NCBI GenBank assembly: GCA_012295275.1
Contig: CM022667.1
Coordinates: 12,400,001 to 12,464,000 of the forward strand
Reading direction: 5' to 3'
Length of the DNA stretch: 64,000 bases
Source of the DNA: Chrysomallon squamiferum
Lineage: Eukaryota > Animalia > Mollusca
The notes beneath the pieces are model-generated. The model saw only the letters and a program-made list of their open reading frames with translations, searched no databases and was not told the DNA's origin. The stretch's first letter is position 1. Each line of letters starts with the position of its first letter. The translations under genes were made by a program, and so were the position numbers. Shown one piece after another: positions 33,001 through 47,106 of the stretch.

Positions 33001-33366
33001 TTCCCTCTTTCATTTATGTTCTTCTGAAAGTATTTTTAGTTACTAAAGAATTACATTTTCATCTCAACATTTATGAAAATCTTTCAACGGTTACACTTTG
33101 TATTCTGTAGTGAGGAAAAATTATAAAACTTGATAGAAATTGTGTAGGTATACATCTAGGTAATTCGTTTCAAATATTTTTTATTATTTTTTTTTTAATT
33201 TTATATGTATATACACCCTGCTTTCATTATTTTCATTGGTTTAGAAATTCAGAAGTAAATCTTTTATTTTTTATCATTTTTTATTATTATTATTTTTTAT
33301 TACAAAAAAAACATGTTTTAAAAAAATACACATATTTTTTCTTTTATTTTTCAGGTGCCAGTTTAA
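18100..33366 (+). CDS. PPP4R1: Serine/threonine-protein phosphatase 4 regulatory subunit 1 (HEAT repeats), 993 aa by my exon sum
   Basis: 21 coding exons: 18100-18106, 18191-18235, 21937-22036, 22257-22363, 22598-22740, 22911-22971, 23563-23648, 26576-26680, 26903-26968, 27231-27389, 27701-27825, 28062-28951, 29231-29325, 29611-29796, 30333-30494, 30825-30925, 31261-31381, 31615-31730, 32222-32382, 32862-32995, 33355-33366; all phases join. Diagnostic peptides include LTPLQRLEKY..NIFNRQMVAR, VRSELMEQVPHIA, NNQVRKTSQAALL, KMAPLLGKDITERLFLPRF.EMC, VWGVRKACAECFM, RAQTVDTEI..HCAY.LPAVAYTLGRQNWHC and NWRFRLEL. Confidence 0.96.
18817..18911 (+). promoter_or_regulatory. Candidate alternative promoter and first exon of PPP4R1 in intron 2
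   Basis: CCAAT 18817, CTTCCTG 18824, E2F site GCGCGCCAAAA 18830-18840, CHR-like TTTGAA 18868. Then ATG 18893 (MFFDHF+G) and donor G|GTAAGA at 18911, in phase with exon 3. Confidence 0.55.
24141..24206 (+). ncRNA. mir-71: pre-miR-71
   Basis: Mature 5p TGAAAGACATGGGTAGTGAGATG at 24146-24168 pairs with the 3p arm catctttctatcctgtcttttg. First member of the intronic cluster. Confidence 0.96.
24255..24324 (+). ncRNA. mir-2: pre-miR-2 copy 1
   Basis: 3p mature TATCACAGCCAGTATTGATGAGC 24297-24319; 5p arm cgtcaataccggatgttgtag. Confidence 0.9.
24634..24706 (+). ncRNA. mir-2: pre-miR-2 copy 2 (divergent 3' half)
   Basis: 3p mature TATCACAGCCTGCTTGGATCAGT 24678-24700; 5p arm gtactgaccaggtggttgagat. 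Confidence 0.92.
24840..24908 (+). ncRNA. mir-2: pre-miR-2 copy 3
   Basis: 3p mature TATCACAGCCAGCTTTGATGAGC 24882-24904; 5p arm tcgtcaaagtgactgtgatg. Confidence 0.95.
25124..25188 (+). ncRNA. mir-2: pre-miR-2 copy 4
   Basis: 3p mature TATCACAGCCAGCTTTGATGAGC 25163-25185; 5p arm tcgtcaaagtggttgtgatg; basal stem ggag/ctcc. Confidence 0.95.
25630..25707 (+). ncRNA. mir-2: pre-miR-2 copy 5
   Basis: 3p mature TATCACAGCCAGCTTTGATGAGC 25676-25698; 5p arm tcatcagagtggttgtgatg. Confidence 0.95.
25939..26005 (+). ncRNA. mir-2: pre-miR-2 copy 6
   Basis: 3p mature TATCACAGCTAGCTATGATGAGC 25979-26001; 5p arm catcacagtagctgtgatg with a compensatory change; basal stem tcctgc/gcagga. Confidence 0.93.
26193..26259 (+). 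ncRNA. mir-2: pre-miR-2 copy 7
   Basis: 3p mature TATCACAGCCAGCTTTGATGACA 26234-26256; 5p arm tcatcaaagttgttgtgatg. Confidence 0.93.
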
Positions 33367-36300
33367 TTTTGCTGTTATTTTTATTTTTAAACTTAAAAAA
33401 AAAGAAAATGCTAATATATGTGTATATATAAATAAAAAATGTACCCAGATCTTACATCTAATGAACAGCGACAGCCATCTTTGCTATATATATATCCAAG
33501 GCAAGATGCAGATGACTGAGGATACATGCTCAATAACCCTATTATAAGATGCAATATTAATCCTAAATACTAATTTCAAATGTGATATTGACTTGCATGA
33601 AGAACGTCTTGCTCTTATTGTGATTGGACAGTCTGCAAGCCATTCGACGATTAATTTATATAGTTTGAATATAAATTAACTATGCAAATTAGAAGCAATC
33701 TCATTAGATTGTTTGTGTGACACTTAATTTGATTGGATTTGCCTTTTGTGTGACTGATTTACATTTGACAGTAGGGTGATGTATTAGTTTAATAATTTAT
33801 TTTTTTTTTTTTTTTTTTTATTGTATAATTTTTTTTTTTTTTTTTTTTTTAATTTATATATATTGTCATAGTTTAAATAGCTGATTGTTGAAACAGTATT
33901 TAATATATAATCATTAAATGTTTTGAATTAAACAATGAAATTTAACAGATGGCATGTCAGTAAAAGTTTTTTCATTAAATTTTTGTACATATTTATAATT
34001 TAATAAAACCGGTCCTGAAAGTAATTGTATTAATATAGATTGGTTACATCTTATTAAAATGCCAATCACACTGAAAGTTGATAATAAATTGATAAAATAA
34101 ATCAAAATTTAAATAACATTCAGCTGCATCAAAATGATTTTATTAGGATTTGTTGGGGTTTTTTGTTGTTTGTTTTATTTATTTTTTTCTGATGTTGTAA
34201 ACAAACTTAATAAAATATTGGAGACAGAATAATCTAGTCAAAATAAGATACATAATATGACAAAGCCAAATACAATTATGTGGACCAACAAGTGCCAAAC
34301 TGTACTCAAAATGTTTTGATTTTGATGGTGAGCATATATTACATATTACATGCATGTTCAGTTTTAAATTGACATTTATAACTAAATACAAATATATGAG
34401 GGTAACATTAATATCTTACATAATAAAATAATTCATTGGTAAGTGAAGAGAACGAATTTTAGGAAATAAAATCAGTAGGGAGTACACAATGTCTAAAATG
34501 AAAGATTAAATCAAAAAGGTAATTTGGTTAGGTAATCAAAAACAAATTACAAAATAAAATGCTTGATTATCTGAAACATTTTGTAGACCAAATTTTAATT
34601 TGAGGACCAAAAATAATTTTCAAAATAATTATGTGAGTGAAGCATACATTTTTATTGCAAACACACGAGTTAAAAGGACTGGAGTATACTAATAAATATT
34701 TCACAATAGATATTTATTGGACATATTTTATGGGTTATTATTTTTAATAGATTGTTGATGCATGTTAGGCATGCTATATATAATGTTACTGTGTGTAGCT
34801 GTGCACATTTCTTTTGTCAAGTCTTTCAGGCATGTGAGGATTTAGTATAATTTTTATTACATTTTTTTTTCTTTTTTTGACTGTTACGAAAGCAAATGTG
34901 TGTGGGATGGTTTACAATTCACCTGTCTATAAAATATATGGCATAAAAGCCTGAAATTCTGTCAGTCCCCCATAATGGCATGCCTAGAATTAATGCCATG
35001 GTTGCTAAATTTAATAAATATTAGTTTTAATTGGCTTAATTTATAATTTGATTAATGCCAAGATCGTTGTAAATTTGCAGAAACGAAAATCAAATCTGTT
35101 TTATCAATCATTGACAGAAATGCAGAAAAAAGAACATTCATGATGGAACTTTGTATTGTCATTTTGTATTTAACATGGGATTTAAAACAAAGAATATTGG
35201 GAATTCAAAACAGATTAAAAAGAATCAAGCCTGTAAGTTTGTAACAGTTTTGCTGGTGTTAAACAAATCAGAATTTCTGTGAAGAAAATAAGCATGTTAC
35301 TAAGAAAACTGATTGATTTGTTGTCAGGTTTTTGAATATTTTTGCATATTATTTGCATATAGTGTAATAGTAGTTCCAATATTGTAACTAATGTTTAAAA
35401 ACGAATGCCAGTAATTTTTAAATTTGGCATAATCACTGACTAAAATATGAACAGCATTAGTGTATGTTTATATTGGACAAGGTGAATTGTAAACCTTGAG
35501 ATTGGATGTGCATGGTTCATATTGAATGGAGGTAATCGGTAGACTACAAATTTATAAGCACTGTACATTGATCTATCTTTTTTTAAATGTTGAAGTGGGG
35601 CCATGAGATTAGTATACAATATATAAAAAAATTTACTTTTTAATTATTACTCCAGTTGCAGTATTTTATTTTGTTAATTAAAGAAATTTAAATTTAAGTA
35701 AAATTTTAGGCACATAGTGTTAAGCATACTATTTTGAAAATGTAAAAATCAAAATTTTCTAGGATAAGCAAGGAATGTGTAGTATAATTTAAAGCTTTTC
35801 TTCCAAGCGTCATTTCACAAAGTTTTATTTCATAATCTGGTGTTACATGGTTTTTTAACTTTTGAGTGATTAGAATTTACAAATGTTTTATGTTGATAAA
35901 AATTACTAAGTGAAAATGATAGCAAAAGTATTTATTTTAATGTTTCATGAACATCCCAGATTTCTTAATTTATATTAAAATTTATGTAACACTTTATAGA
36001 TGTCTCTTTGCACCACTAAATCAATTGGGCACTATTAATTCCAAACAAATCTTTTTTGTTCTGTTGTAAATAATAAAAAATAATAATAATAATAATAATT
36101 ATAAAATAATTATTTTAGATGTATATTGATTGCACAATGCCAAAAATGTCAGATTGCGATATTATATTTCATAAGAAAGAACATGTAAACTAAATTTTAC
36201 AGATGTTTTGAGTTTGTTTTCTGTTCTATATAAACATTATCTAATCACCAGGGTTGTGTTTTTACTTTCAAAAACAGTATCTGCTTTAAAGGAACTATGT

Positions 36301-36744
36301 GTAGGAAGTAATTTGTATGTAAGTGCCAGTTTTGTTGGTGAGATGTGATGTTTGACGTAAAAAAAAAAATATATTTAGTTGTAAGTAATGTATATTTGAC
36401 TTTTTAAAGATAGTAAATTAAAAGTTTGAAGAAAAGATTTTGCAGGTAATTTAAAATGGTGTAGAAAATGTTAAGGCAGATGGAGAAAAAAAAAATGACA
36501 CAAAATGCAGTGAAACGTCTTAATTCCCGTCCTAATCCGCCAATACGCTAACCAGGATGCAAAGAAACACCTCAATGCCCAACCAATGAACAGTTACCTA
36601 AAAATAAGCAAAATAAATTTCAGTGCTTGGGGAGAAGGGGGGGAAAAAAAAAAGAATAATATTACCAATTCAATAAAGCAAATTATGATTATTATTATTG
36701 TTATTATTATTATTTTCCACCTGGAATATTTTGCAACTTTAAGA

Positions 36745-37010
36745 AAGCCAGATCCAATACTACTGAGCACAACCGTTTCTCGCAGCCGTTCGCTATCCTG
36801 ACAACATGCACCAGCCGGCTTCATCTCCTAATCTACTGAGATTATTGTTTTCCGACCAGTCCACTCTTTAATATCGTCCATCCAAATTCACCTTCTCAGC
36901 GGTGCCCTGTATGAGGGCGTCAGCCTTGGCTCTAGTGATGTGCCCGAACTGAGTTTTCTCTTTCTTGCAATAAGACTATCCTGATGCTCGATTTCTAACT
37001 TTATCGCTCA
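36745..37010 (-). mobile_element. 3' fragment of an RTE-clade LINE
   Basis: Minus-strand frameshifted translation ARKRKL / FGHITRAK..LIQGTAE / WMDDIKEWTG / QDSERLRETV. This matches the RTE C-terminal pattern RKLxWFGHxxR..QG..EG..W.D.IKEWTG..DR..WR. Confidence 0.75.
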
Positions 37011-37121
37011 TGTGTAATGGCTCTCGAGGAGTCTTCTATACCATTTACAATACATTACCAATACCTTTTCTTTATATTGTCCCCACACACATACACATTT
37101 CGTTCATTTATTATTATTATG

Positions 37122-37160
<39 letters not shown>

Positions 37161-37488
37161 CTCCCGTACGCAAGGAGCTGGGTATTATGCTAGGGGTCCG
37201 TATGAATACACCCATAATCTGCCGAGATTAGACTGTCGATGTGTAAAAAAATATTAAAAACTGTCGGACGGTGTGAACAGTATGACGTTTTCGCAGCTTA
37301 GGGAGGTGTCCCATGTTATGATAATGCGCTATAGAACAGAGTTTTATCGTTAACAATATCGTTAGTTTCCTGCTTTCTAGTTTTATACAAAATTCGAGTG
37401 ACTGGGGTGAATGCTCCCTGGTCCGTCTAGCAACACCGGATTTAATATACATATATATATGTGTGTGTGTGTGTTTGTGTGGTGTTTA

Positions 37489-37528
<40 letters not shown>

Positions 37529-37925
37529 AATTTTTTTTTTTACTTTCTGTGTTACCCAGGTTTACAAAACGCTTATATTTCTCGTGACGTGTTATAGGAT
37601 TTGGTTAAATAAATAAATAAATAAATAAATAATAAGAAGAAACTTTTTGAAAAGACCAAACATTTCATAAATATTTCAAGCATCGTTATAGAACAGAACA
37701 GAATAAAAGCAATAATAACAAAAAAAAAAAAAAAAAAAAAAAATTAAATTAAATTATTTCGAAGCAGTAAACATAAATTAGGGATAAAATTTTTAGAATT
37801 ATAAATACACTCGCGCAAACACAAAGGTTTTATTTTTTATTTTATTTTATTTTATTTTATTTTATTTTATTTTATTTTTTAACGTAAGACAGCGTTACCG
37901 TAAGAGTTCATTCCCTTGAATTTCC

Positions 37926-38242
37926 ATGCCAACTACACCAATGTCGGAAACAGAGAAGTCGGAGGGTAATTGCTGTGACTGTTGCAAACAGTCTTCAGTA
38001 TATAATAAATTTTTTGGAAAAAAAGAAGGAACAAATAAAGAAATGGTAGTGATTAAGTTGAAAGATAGAGATAAAGAAAAGGAGAAACAGAAGGAGAAGG
38101 ATAAAGATAAAGATAAAGATAAGGATAATGATAATGATAAGAATAAGGACAAGGATAAACAAAAATCAAAGCATAAGAAAAAGGCACGACATTCAAAATC
38201 AGGAACGATGTCTGATAAAAGGTATCTACTGAGATACAGTTT

Positions 38243-38319
<77 letters not shown>

Positions 38320-39573
38320 TTGTAATAATTCTTTCGTTCAGGTAGTTACTTTATTATTATTAAATGCAAACCTGTTCGCTATAAAAGTGGCCACTAGGCC
38401 TAAATATAAGTCTGAAACAATATTTATTAATTTTGCAGTGATTTATAACATAAAACACATAATTTCGTTTATTATGACCAGTTGCAGATTGCTTTTATAT
38501 TAAAATTTAAATTATATTCAGTTACTGTTGAATTCCACAATAGATTATTTTTCGTTTTTCTTTTCTTTTGTATTTTCCATTTTTGCTTTTATTTTGTATT
38601 TTCCATTTTTGCTTTTATTTATTTATTTATTTATTTACTTAAGGAGAAAGCCAGGAAGTGTCAGAAGTGACATGTTTTCAGAGAAGGTACGTTTTCCTAT
38701 TTATGAAATAAATACTAATAAGATTTACATATGGTTCATGAGGAATTCTGGGGAGTAATTTTTCAGGGAAAACAAATCAAAATGGGCATACACAACACAA
38801 AAATTAAAAATAATTAAAATTTATTGATTGATTTAATTATACTGTACTGCATTGTATTGTAGTGTATTGTATTATATTCTCTTTTACTTTATTTTATATT
38901 ATTTTAGTTTGGTCAAGTTTTATTTCATTTTATTATTATTTTATTTTATTTTATTTTATTTTATTTTATTTTATTTAAATTTTAAACGTGATTATTGTTT
39001 GGATTTGAATTTTAAAATGTCTGAGTCAAATTTGTAAAACCACAAAAAGAAATGTGTGAAAAGAGAAAGATAAAAAACATATTTGTATAAGCCAAAGTTG
39101 GTATTTTTCTGTGGATAAACGTATGTGTATATGTGCATAATATTTATTATTTAATTTCATTTTCGCAGAAATCCATTAGTAGGTCTGAAGATGGTGAGTA
39201 TATTTCTGGTAAAGTAGAAGATATAATATATCAGTAAATCAAACAAAATTAATACTAATACACCCTTGTGCACACAGTCCAAAAACAGTTTTTAGCCCAT
39301 TCATTTACATGTTAACAGATTAGTGACAAGCCATTATTAGTAGACTGTGAGAAGGAATTGTTAGCAGATTAGTGAGAAGACATTGTAGATTAGTGAGAAC
39401 ACATTGTTAGTGGATTAGTGAGAAGACATTGTCAGATTAGTGTGAAGACTTTGCTTGTGGATTAGTAATAACACATTGATTGTTAGTAAATGTTCTACAG
39501 ATACATTACCTATGCCTTGTATATCATGATATCATGAAGCTTTTTTTATGTACATACATACTTATACACATAC

Positions 39574-39611
<38 letters not shown>

Positions 39612-39930
39612 ACACACACACTGTCATATACAGATATATATATATATATGAGTGTGTGTGTGTGTGTGTATTTTTTTTTTTTTTTTTTTGAAAAACAGGA
39701 TTATATATTGATGAATGCTGGTCTCTGCTGGAAGACATTGTTGTACACTTCCATGATTCAGATGATCCACGTCACAAAGAAATTGCAGCAATTATGGTAA
39801 ATATAAGTTAGTTTTTTTTTGTTTTTTTTTTTTGTTCTTTTACTTGTTTTTTGAAAAATAGCAGTTGTTAGAAATATACAATTTCAGTAAATTATTCCCT
39901 TTTTCATTCCCAGACACTTTTTTTTTTTCT

Positions 39931-40014
<84 letters not shown>

Positions 40015-40207
40015 TGTCTCACACATTCAATAACTTGCAATCATTCCCACTCTCCCCCACTAATTACATCCACTCTTTTTTTATTTATTTCATTTTAGGA
40101 TCGAGGTTTAGGTGAAGATGTAGAATCTGTATATGCAAGACGGGTAAACCAATTTAATAATTTATATTATTTTAGTGTTTTTGTATTTGTATATTATGGG
40201 TGTGTGT

Positions 40208-40252
<45 letters not shown>

Positions 40253-40747
40253 TGGGCTAATGTGTGTTTAAAATGCAAATAATCTATTATAAAGGGATCT
40301 GTCTTTATGATATAATCACCTTCAAAGTTTGATTCACAGAAGTCATGATTTTAAAGGTCAGTATTTTGCAACCAATACCTGATTAAATAAAAAAACAACG
40401 TTTACAAAATAAGATATTAATTCACAAAAAATTTATGTTTTTAAAAGATATTACTGATATTAACAAGAAAAAAAAAAATCGGTCTTGTTGATGATCAACA
40501 ATTCATGATGAGAGAACCTCAACATGTATCATTCATTTTTATGTGAATCAAATTTGGATATGTTGTTATGCATTTTGCTTTTGTAATTTGTTTATTCTGA
40601 TTTAAAATAAAAATTTCATAAAATGAAAGGTTTAAATATCTTAAGATGAAATTCTGAAAAAATTACAGATTATAGTTCAAATAACAAAAAGGGTTTTTGT
40701 GGTTGTTATTATCTGTTGTTATGATCATGATCATCATTATCATTATT

Positions 40748-40822
<75 letters not shown>

Positions 40823-42338
40823 TGATTTAATTTAATTTCTTTATTTATATTTTTTTTAAATTTATTAAAATTTACTTTCAGACTATAGCTAAGCATATTA
40901 AGCAAACAGATGACCATTTAAATGAAGTTCAGGATAAGGTAAGTTTCTCTCTTATCACAGATACATTATTATTAATATTATTTCTATTATTATTATTAGC
41001 ATTAGTATTATTGTTATTATTATTATTATTGTTGTTGTTATTATTATTAGCATTAGTATCATTGTTATTATTATTATCAGCATTACCATTCATGTTAGAA
41101 TTAGTGTTACTGTTGTTATTGTTTTCATTACATAACTGAATATATCTATTAACAAAATAATTTCACTTTAAAATTGTTACTTAGAAAATACCATTCTGTA
41201 TTTAAATATTAACTAAAGCCATATTCTCACTATCCAACTTGTTATACCCACTTATAGAAACTATTTTGTGGGTTTTTATGAGTGTCAGAACAAGTATATT
41301 CATGATATCCATTAGGAAATTCAAAAAAAATGATAATAATATTAATAATAATAAATTAAAAAAAAACAGAAGAAAGAAGTGAAAAAGAGAATTCAGAACA
41401 GATAATAGGAATAAATTGTTTATAAACAATCACAAATATATAAAACAAAAAGAAAGGGAGAAAATTCTTATTTCATGTCATTGTGAATTGCTTATGTTTA
41501 GGATTTGTTTTAGAAAATAGTTTATATTGTATATTATTTGAAATAACTTTTACGAATAATGACATTATGAAATAACTGTTTCTACAATATGGAGTTTGTT
41601 AATGTATGACCAGATATTAAGTCACTTTGGGTTGGTTTTAAGTTGTTCTAGTATTAATGTTTTGTAAGATTCATTTAGTACCATTCCTGTTTCTATTGCT
41701 TCTGTGGTTAAACAAATATATTCCAAGTTATGTAAATTCTTGATCTGATGTGCATGATCCACATATGTTATATTAATTTTATTATCATAACTTCGCATTC
41801 TTTCAGCTGATAGCATGAAAACAGAATTTATTATAATAACTTCAAAGGCATAGATTTCAGAACACAAATACCTTTCTTAAAATAAATTTAAATTTACAAG
41901 GAAACAGATTTACCACGTTATGATGGTTTTAGTGTGTTTATTTTTCAACAAAAGCTTCATAAAAATCCTCACTTCAGATTTAATAAAATAAAATTTACTC
42001 TTTTTTTAATTAAAAAAAAAAAAAAAAAAATGTATTCTAAATCTTAACATAGTTTACTGAAGATGCAGGCACAAAGGGACCTAACTCAATCCTGAATTGA
42101 TTTTGACTATTTTCACTGATGTTTTTTTTTTTTAGACTTTGTCAAAACTAAACATTAGATTTAAATGCTTTAAAGGGATGTTAGTGGAAATATCTGTTGC
42201 TATGGTTTCAGATAAATGCTGCACAGGCAAATCTTTCAAGCTGCATGAATGATGTGAAGAGCTTTAAGAAAGAAGTCTGCAGATTAAATGAAGCCCACAA
42301 ACAAGTTTTCCACAAACAAAAGGTATGATATGCTATTT

Positions 42339-42369
<31 letters not shown>

Positions 42370-42655
42370 TCATGCTTTTTTTTTTATGGGTGACAATAGG
42401 CCACCTAAAACTATATAGTATTTTTTTTTATTAAATCACTGATTTGTAAAACAAAATCAATGTCAGTACTTCTGTTCTTATTTTCGTGTAAAAATACATG
42501 ATGTCAATACATTGATTATGTACTTGCCTAAACGGAAGCCACAAAAAGAACTGAATTTATTGCACAAATGTTAAAAATGAGAAACCAAACATTTATGATT
42601 GAATCTATTTTAAAAATTTTAAATTTAAATTTTTTATTTTTAAATTTATTTTTTA

Positions 42656-42729
<74 letters not shown>

Positions 42730-45518
42730 TCAAGAACACCAATGGTGGATTTTTTATTATATATTTTTATTTTTATTTTATTTTAATGTAGTTTTGTAAA
42801 ATAAAATAAAATATCCCACAGAAAACTAGAAGAAGAATATTTGTTTTGAAAATGCTTTATTCAGAATTAGCACCAGAATGAAAGCACAGCCAGCTTTACT
42901 GATCTGATAGACAATGTTTATTAAAGATATAACAATTTTAAAATTATTATTATTATTATTATTATTATTAACATGTGACATGTTGTAGAGAAGTAGGTAC
43001 TGTAACTGATGGATATATATTTTTATGTGTTTTGATACTCAAGCTGAAGTAAAATAATATATATATGTATGTTTAAATATTGACTTCTCATTGTAAATTT
43101 AGAAATATGCTCCATAAGACAGTGATGTAATCATGTACAAATCATTTGTTTCTGTTGGCCAGTAAAAAGTAAAATGTGCATACAGCCATCATGTGAAATT
43201 TGGAATATTCTGGCAAAAATTCCCAGAAATAAGTTAACTCAATTCTGAACTAACTATTCTTGGTATTGTTATTATTATTAGCATTAGTATTTTTTTTTAA
43301 ATATTGTTTAAAAGGATTGATCGTTAATAGTATATTTTTAATAAATACTTTTCTTTTTTTCTCTAATTTTTAGAGTGAGAACACACGTTATAGAGAACGC
43401 ATTGATGGTTTAAAACAAAAGTAAGCAAACAAATAAATGAATGAATAAATAATGTTTTTTTGACATTTCAAATGTGGCATCTATTTAACACATCATTATA
43501 CACCATGCATATTACACATTATATCTAAATTTTAACAAATGTAACCTGTATTTTAATTAAACCCTTACGTATAGCAAAAAGTAAATTGTTACAAATGTAA
43601 CTTTTAATTTATATTTTTTGTTTATTGTTTTAATTTCTTTTTTTTAATTTTTTTGTTTTTTAATTAAACTTTCAGATAATTAAATTATGATAACTGAATT
43701 GATATATGTGTGTATAACTTATATTTTGACTAAACATGTAATGAGTTTTGACAAATATTTCTTATATTTTAATTAAAAAGGCTGCAAAGTGTAACTACTG
43801 AGAGTGGAGAACTGAAAAAGAAATTAAATTTGGTTCCGCAGAGTGAGCGCAACATGGCCGTCGCTTCAGCTTACGATCAGTTTACAAAGATGATTCATGA
43901 ACTTAAAGCCGAGAGTGAACAGGTGTGTGTTATAATAACAACAACAACAGCGACAACAACAACAAAAATAACACAATGACAACAACAATAACAATAACAA
44001 CAACAAAAACACAGCAATAACAACAACAACAAAAACAATAAAAACAATAACAACAACAACAACAGCAACAACAAAAACAAAAACAATTGCAACAACCACA
44101 AAAGCAACGATACTGCTAATAATAATAATAATTATTATAATAATAAAAGTAATAAAATAAATAAATAAATATTATAATAAAAACTAATAATAACAACAAC
44201 AACAATAATTAAAAATACTGCTTTTACTACTTTTAATACCAATAACAATCATAATAATTACAACTATAAGAAAAAATAAATAGTATTAATAATAATAATA
44301 ATAATAATAATAATCATAATAATAATAATAAGCTATGTAACTATAATGATGTGGCCAGTGGCTCAGTCTTAATAAGGTTTTGTAAATTTGAAATTATAAA
44401 ATTAAATTATTTCTATTTTGAAAAAAAAACAAATATTAAATATTTACACATGTATTATATAATAAAATGTACACACAAAATGTTTACACAAAATGTAGTA
44501 TATGTATTATATAATCAAATGTGCACACATAAACTGATTGTATATAATAAAATATTTACATATGAAATATTTATATATCATGTTAGAAAATGTTTATACA
44601 AAATATGTATGAATTACATAAAATGTGCGTGCATAAAATGTTTACAAAAAAAATATGTAAAATATTATATATAACAAAATATGTACAACATAAAGCATTC
44701 ACACAAAATGAGTAAATATTATATGAGAAAATAGGCACACATAAAATGATTACACAAAATGTGATATCATAAAATGTTTACAATTTATTAATACATGTGT
44801 AATTATTTAATTTTTTAATATTTTTTTCAAAACAGAAATAATTTATTTTTAGAATGTTTACATTTTATGTTACAAAATGTTTACGTGCATTGTTTACAGA
44901 ACAGAGAGGCTCTTCGAGTGTGGGATTCGAGTATCACTGAGGCGACAGTTCGAACTCAACAGGAGATGGCGCTGTTTGAAGCTCGCTGTGCTAGTCTAGA
45001 CGCAGACATGAGGCGATTGTTTGAGGAGCACAAAGATCTGATTGATAGACTTTCAACCAGGAACACCACGATAAAGGACCCAGTAAGTTGGACCTCAGTT
45101 AGTTTTATTAGAAATAGCAGTCTAGCAAAATAAATAAACAAACAAACAAATAGGCCACCCATCACATCAAAAAAACCACTAATAAAATAATAAAAAAGAA
45201 AAAAAAGATATAAAAAAATAAATAATTGGTAACTTTTAAAATAAACAGCAAGTCAAATGGAAGTGAAATGAAGGAACTAAGTAAATAAAAATGATAATAA
45301 TAAATAAATAAATAAACAAGTAAAAGAAAAATATAATAATAAGGGAGAAAAAAGTATTAGTTAAAAGGTCAAGTAATTAATAAACTGATGAATATAAAGT
45401 GGTTTTAGCAAATTCAGTACTGGGCTGTAATATATCTCATTATTTTGTTGTTTTTATTTTAATCATGATTAGTTTTAAATTTTTATATCATTATTATTAC
45501 TATTACAATATATATTAA

Positions 45519-45564
<46 letters not shown>

Positions 45565-47073
45565 GTATTACAGTTATTTCAGCATTTTGAGAATTATTCA
45601 AATGTAAAAATTTTGACATTTGAATATTTTTAAACATAAAATCTGTATATCAGAAATTAATTTTGACATTCAAAACGTAATTAAATTTTATCTGAATGTT
45701 AAAATTGTGTATTATGAATATGTAAATGTAAAAATTAGAGTATTTAAGTAATATCAAAATGTATTTATTTATTTATTAAACATTTTTTCTTTTTATAGCG
45801 TTCTTCGGTTCACATGGATGAAGACAGAATGAAGCTTGTCCAGGATATAACAAAATTACAAGAAAAATACCCACCAAGCAGTGGTGCTGGCATGGTAAGT
45901 GTCTGGGGGGAAAAGGAGAGGTTGACAAGGAAAGCACAAAAAGAAAATCAAAAGTAAAGAGGGGACAAAAAGCTTTCTAAGGAATGCTAACATTATAGGG
46001 AATATTAAAAAAAATAACAGAGTATTATGACAATGCGAAAGTTTCTTTTTTTTTCTTCATTTTTTTTTTCCTTCTTGTTATTGTTCCACTTATAATTGTT
46101 ATTATTATTGTTATTGCTATAGTTACTGTTATTATTAACAAATTCCAGTTTAAAAGTGTTTCATTAAATATTATTTTAAGACTTGATAAATACATTTTCC
46201 TGATTATATAAGTTAATTATTATTTTTGTTTTTGATGGGCTTATTATTGGCATGAATTTATATTTATTTATTCATTTGTTTGTTTAGTTACTTACCTATA
46301 TGGTTATTTATTTATTTATTTATATATTCATATTTTGGTTTGTTTATTCATATGTTTATTTGTTTATTTACATATTTATTTATTTTATACAACTGACAGA
46401 TACAAATAGGAACATACATGAAATGAAAGAGTGGAGTTTGGAAATTTATTTATTTATTTTATTATTTATCATGTTTTGGGGGGTTTTTTGTATTGTTTTT
46501 GTATTGTTTTGGGTTTTTTTATATTTATTTATTTATTTATTTACATACAACTGACAGATACAGAAGGACACAAATGAGATTAAAGCAGTGGAGTTTATTT
46601 ATTTATTTATTTTATTATTGTTCTCGTTTTTTTTGTTTTGTATTTGTATTGTTTTTTTTAAATTTATTTATTTACTAATTTATTTATTTATTTAGTTACA
46701 CATTTATTTATTTTTATACAACTGACAGATACAGAAGAACACAGAGGAGATGAAAGCTGTGGAGTTCAGAGATTGGTATGACAAAGAAATAAAACAGAGG
46801 AGGGCGTGGCTCAATGAACAGATTCAACAAACCGCAACCAAAGCTGCGACATTTAGTCCCTTCAATCAGCCAGGGTATGTGAGGATGACTGATTTTTTTT
46901 AATCATCTCAGTGATTGTTTCATCTGTTAAATGACATGAGAATTATAGAAATAATAATAATAATAATTTGTTTTCATAACGGTAGCATTAATTGAGAATG
47001 AATCAGTGGAAAATGAATAACATCATCTGTCTGTCTATCTCGCTATATATTTGTCTGTCTGTATGTCTATCTG

Positions 47074-47106
<33 letters not shown>

